DNA of 64,000 nt from Eledone cirrhosa. Taxonomy: Eukaryota. The stretch spans positions 121,396,001 through 121,460,000 of the forward strand of contig OZ024740.1 of assembly GCA_964016885.1 (NCBI GenBank). Reading direction: 5' to 3'. The notes beneath the pieces are model-generated. The model saw only the letters and a program-made list of their open reading frames with translations, did no database searches and was not told the origin of the DNA. The position numbers and the translations under genes are program-made. Shown here piece by piece: positions 61,124 through 64,000 of the stretch. Numbering within the stretch: position 1 is the first letter of the stretch; each line of letters begins with the position of its first letter.

Positions 61124-61553
61124 AAAGTGAACAGAGATACACACATACATAGATACATATATACACACACATATATGTATATGTGTGTGTGTGTATGTGT
61201 GGGTTTATGTAGGTGCCCGCGAGTGTGTGAGTGAGTGTGTTTGTGAATGTGTCTGTTGACTTTTGGAACATAGTTTAAGAGAAATTTGAAGATAATGGTA
61301 TGATATGCACTCAATAATATGAACTGGTCTATAGAATTCTCTAGGCCTTTATCACTAAGTAGATCCTTAAAGAATTAGCTTTTAAAGAATTTCCCTTTTC
61401 TATCAACCAATGACCTACACCCATCCCACTTTTCACCCTCTCCTACCACCTGAAGAGACCTATAAATACCATATTAATTTTTTGATACCCAGATTCCTGA
61501 TGATTTCTAATGAAAGGAACAGTTCTAGTCCTGTAGAATCTCATCTATATTAA

Positions 61554-61639
<86 letters not shown>

Positions 61640-61640
<1 letters not shown>

Positions 61641-61993
61641 TACAAATAAAAGGCACGGTTACTGACTCATACTGATACCCTGTACTTAACAAGCTCAAAG
61701 TATAAATACTGAGCATTTCAATAACATATGTAGTAATAAACACAGTAAATCGTGTGTCTAAAATTACGAGGGTTGAAATATCACATTTGTTTGAGAAATT
61801 TAATCAGAAGCAAACGGAATATACAGAAAATAAAATAAAATATATACAGACCCCCTCAATAATTATTACATCGCCCGGACAGATTAGGGATTTAATCTGT
61901 TTCGCCCTAAAATTGTGTTTGTAACATATAATCCATGGGCATCATCAGCCTCGTAATTTTAGACACACGATTTACTGTTTATTACTACATATG

Positions 61994-61998
<5 letters not shown>
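61640..61998 (-). mobile_element. Short PLE terminus with hammerhead (~61875-61948) and inverted 5' arm
   Basis: Minus: CTGATGA-TGCCC...GGGC-GAAA-CAGATTA AATCCC TAATCTG-TC; 61948-61998 is the reverse complement of ~61722-61771. Confidence 0.72.
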
Positions 61999-62046
<48 letters not shown>

Positions 62047-62057
62047 AACACACACAG

Positions 62058-62093
<36 letters not shown>

Positions 62094-62139
62094 CTATATA
62101 TATATATATATAAATATATACACACACATATATATATAT

Positions 62140-63545
62140 ATATATAAAACGGAATATGTCTGTCCGTGTGTGTGTTTGATTTTTATGCATTTCCACATTT
62201 CTCTACCGATTTTGATGATTTTTTTTCCAACGATGGTCAACGCGTTATGAATTTGCCAAAAACTTCCGGCTTCTATGAAAACAATCGATAAAACTAAATA
62301 CATGATGTAACCGTCTTTCTTACACGCTTAATCACTCTCTCTACTACCCAACAGCGATAAAACTTCGTTCAGGAACGCGACATAAACTTTGAAAACTAAG
62401 CAACAGATCATTTTACACAACAACAAACATAGTCATAACGCTCTCTCCATCGCTCTTCCCTCTCTCTATAATAGATCATTCTCCCTCTCTATAATTTAAC
62501 TGCTTTACTCTCTTCATGCATTGAGGTTTAACACACCTTCCTATAGTTTCTTAGCTTTACTCTCTCTGTCGCTCTTCCCTCTCTCTATAATGTAACTGAT
62601 TTACTCTCTCTGTCGCTCTTCACTCTCTATATGACAACACTGTTTTACACACCTCCCTATATTTTCATAGCTTTACTCTCTCCATCGCTCTTCCCTCTCT
62701 CTATAATAGATTATTCACCCTGTTTAAATGCTGTGGGAGTCATTGGAGTTCCGTATTGACATACGGCTTTTCTGGTGCATTTTAAATCGGCTTATTACAA
62801 ATAACAACCCGCAAAATAACACTTCATATAACAGATTAATGCTATAGACATATAAATCGGGATGTTTAAATTATTTATGCTTTAGGGCTTTCATTAGTTA
62901 AATATTAATATGACAACACCCATAGTGTTGTACATCTGGCAATTCTGCCGAATACACTGCCAAGGATGAACCTTTTCCCCTCGGCGTCAGATATACCGTT
63001 CGATTTCCGGCGATCCCAATTCCCGGAGAGACCATGTTTTGCCATGCCCATTAACAAGTAACAAGGGCAAACATTGTCGGTGGCGGGCATCCATTTGGGG
63101 GAGCCATGCTTCTCCCATGGCCAACTTTATGTTGCATGTTCCCGCGTAGGGAGCAGGAATGGACTTTTTGCTTGCACGCCTCAAGGGATGACACGCAATA
63201 TCGTTTACACAGAGGTGCTATAGATGTTGGTGCAGGTGTTGGAGGTGTTGGAGCAACGCAATCTGGAAAACTATTTCCTGGTAGGGTCACCCATGGCGGA
63301 CAGATCTGACACCCAGCAGCATCAGGGACACCATCTTGCAAATTTGGTCCGCTAAATTCGTTATTGAAAGATTATTAACCCATCATTGATTGTCCAAAAT
63401 GGTAATTGGTTCGTAACTTTTAATAATCGGTTCAACTGCTTTATGTACTTAATAGATAAGCTTATTTGCTTTCAAGCAACGTTTACCTGCATGTAAATGT
63501 TCATAGCAAATGAACAACCCAAGCAACGCCGGGGTAAACTGCTAC
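62140..63545 (+). mobile_element. Non-autonomous Helitron carrying a RepHel C-terminal fragment
   Basis: 5' TATATAAAACGG..TGTCTGTCCGTGTG; 3' CCCAAGCAACGCCGGGG..TGCTAC|T (eroded hairpin and CTAG); internal minisatellite 62440-62710. Confidence 0.78.
62957..63223 (+). pseudogene. Helitron RepHel Pif1-family helicase C-terminal fragment
   Basis: Manual translation: LPRMNLFPSASDIPFDFRRSQFPERPCFAMPINK*QGQTLSVAGIHLGEPCFSHGQLYVACSRVGSRNGLFACTPQGMTRNIVYTEVL*; matches the Helitron motifs QFP, AMTINKSQGQT, FSHGQLYVA.SRV and NIVY.EVL. Confidence 0.92.
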
Positions 63546-63579
63546 TATATATTTATATATATATACATATATATATATG

Positions 63580-64000
<421 letters not shown>

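Noticed and set aside
63051-63341. Cys/Pro-rich minus-strand ORF resembling a captured gene
   Set aside because: Largely antisense to the Helitron helicase fragment on the plus strand

Overview
AT-rich eukaryotic (animal) repeat-dominated DNA, probably cephalopod/octopus-like judging from microsatellite density and SINE-like sequences recalled from memory (inference, not searched). No host protein-coding gene can be supported; most ORFs in the track are (TA)n/(TG)n artefacts. Contents: (1) many decayed Penelope-like retroelements (PLEs; RT with YRDD, C-terminal GIY-YIG with CxC-x5-CP-x4-C, probably Naiad-type) and short non-coding relatives inserted in (TA)n. They carry about 20 intact or degenerate type I hammerhead ribozymes from several families, often with fold-back inverted 5' ends, and include a near-perfect 481-bp tandem retrozyme-like unit at 58.9-60.3 kb. 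(2) A 12.5-kb head-to-tail array (29.0-41.6 kb) of five R4/Dong-like restriction-like-endonuclease non-LTR retrotransposon copies from two families, each bounded by (TAA)n. Both near-full-length copies start with a homologous ~47-nt leader followed by a GTAAGT donor and a downstream acceptor, i.e. a candidate retained 5'-UTR intron. (3) Non-autonomous Helitrons, one with a Pif1-helicase C-terminal fragment missed by the ORF track. (4) Old SINE and RTE remnants.
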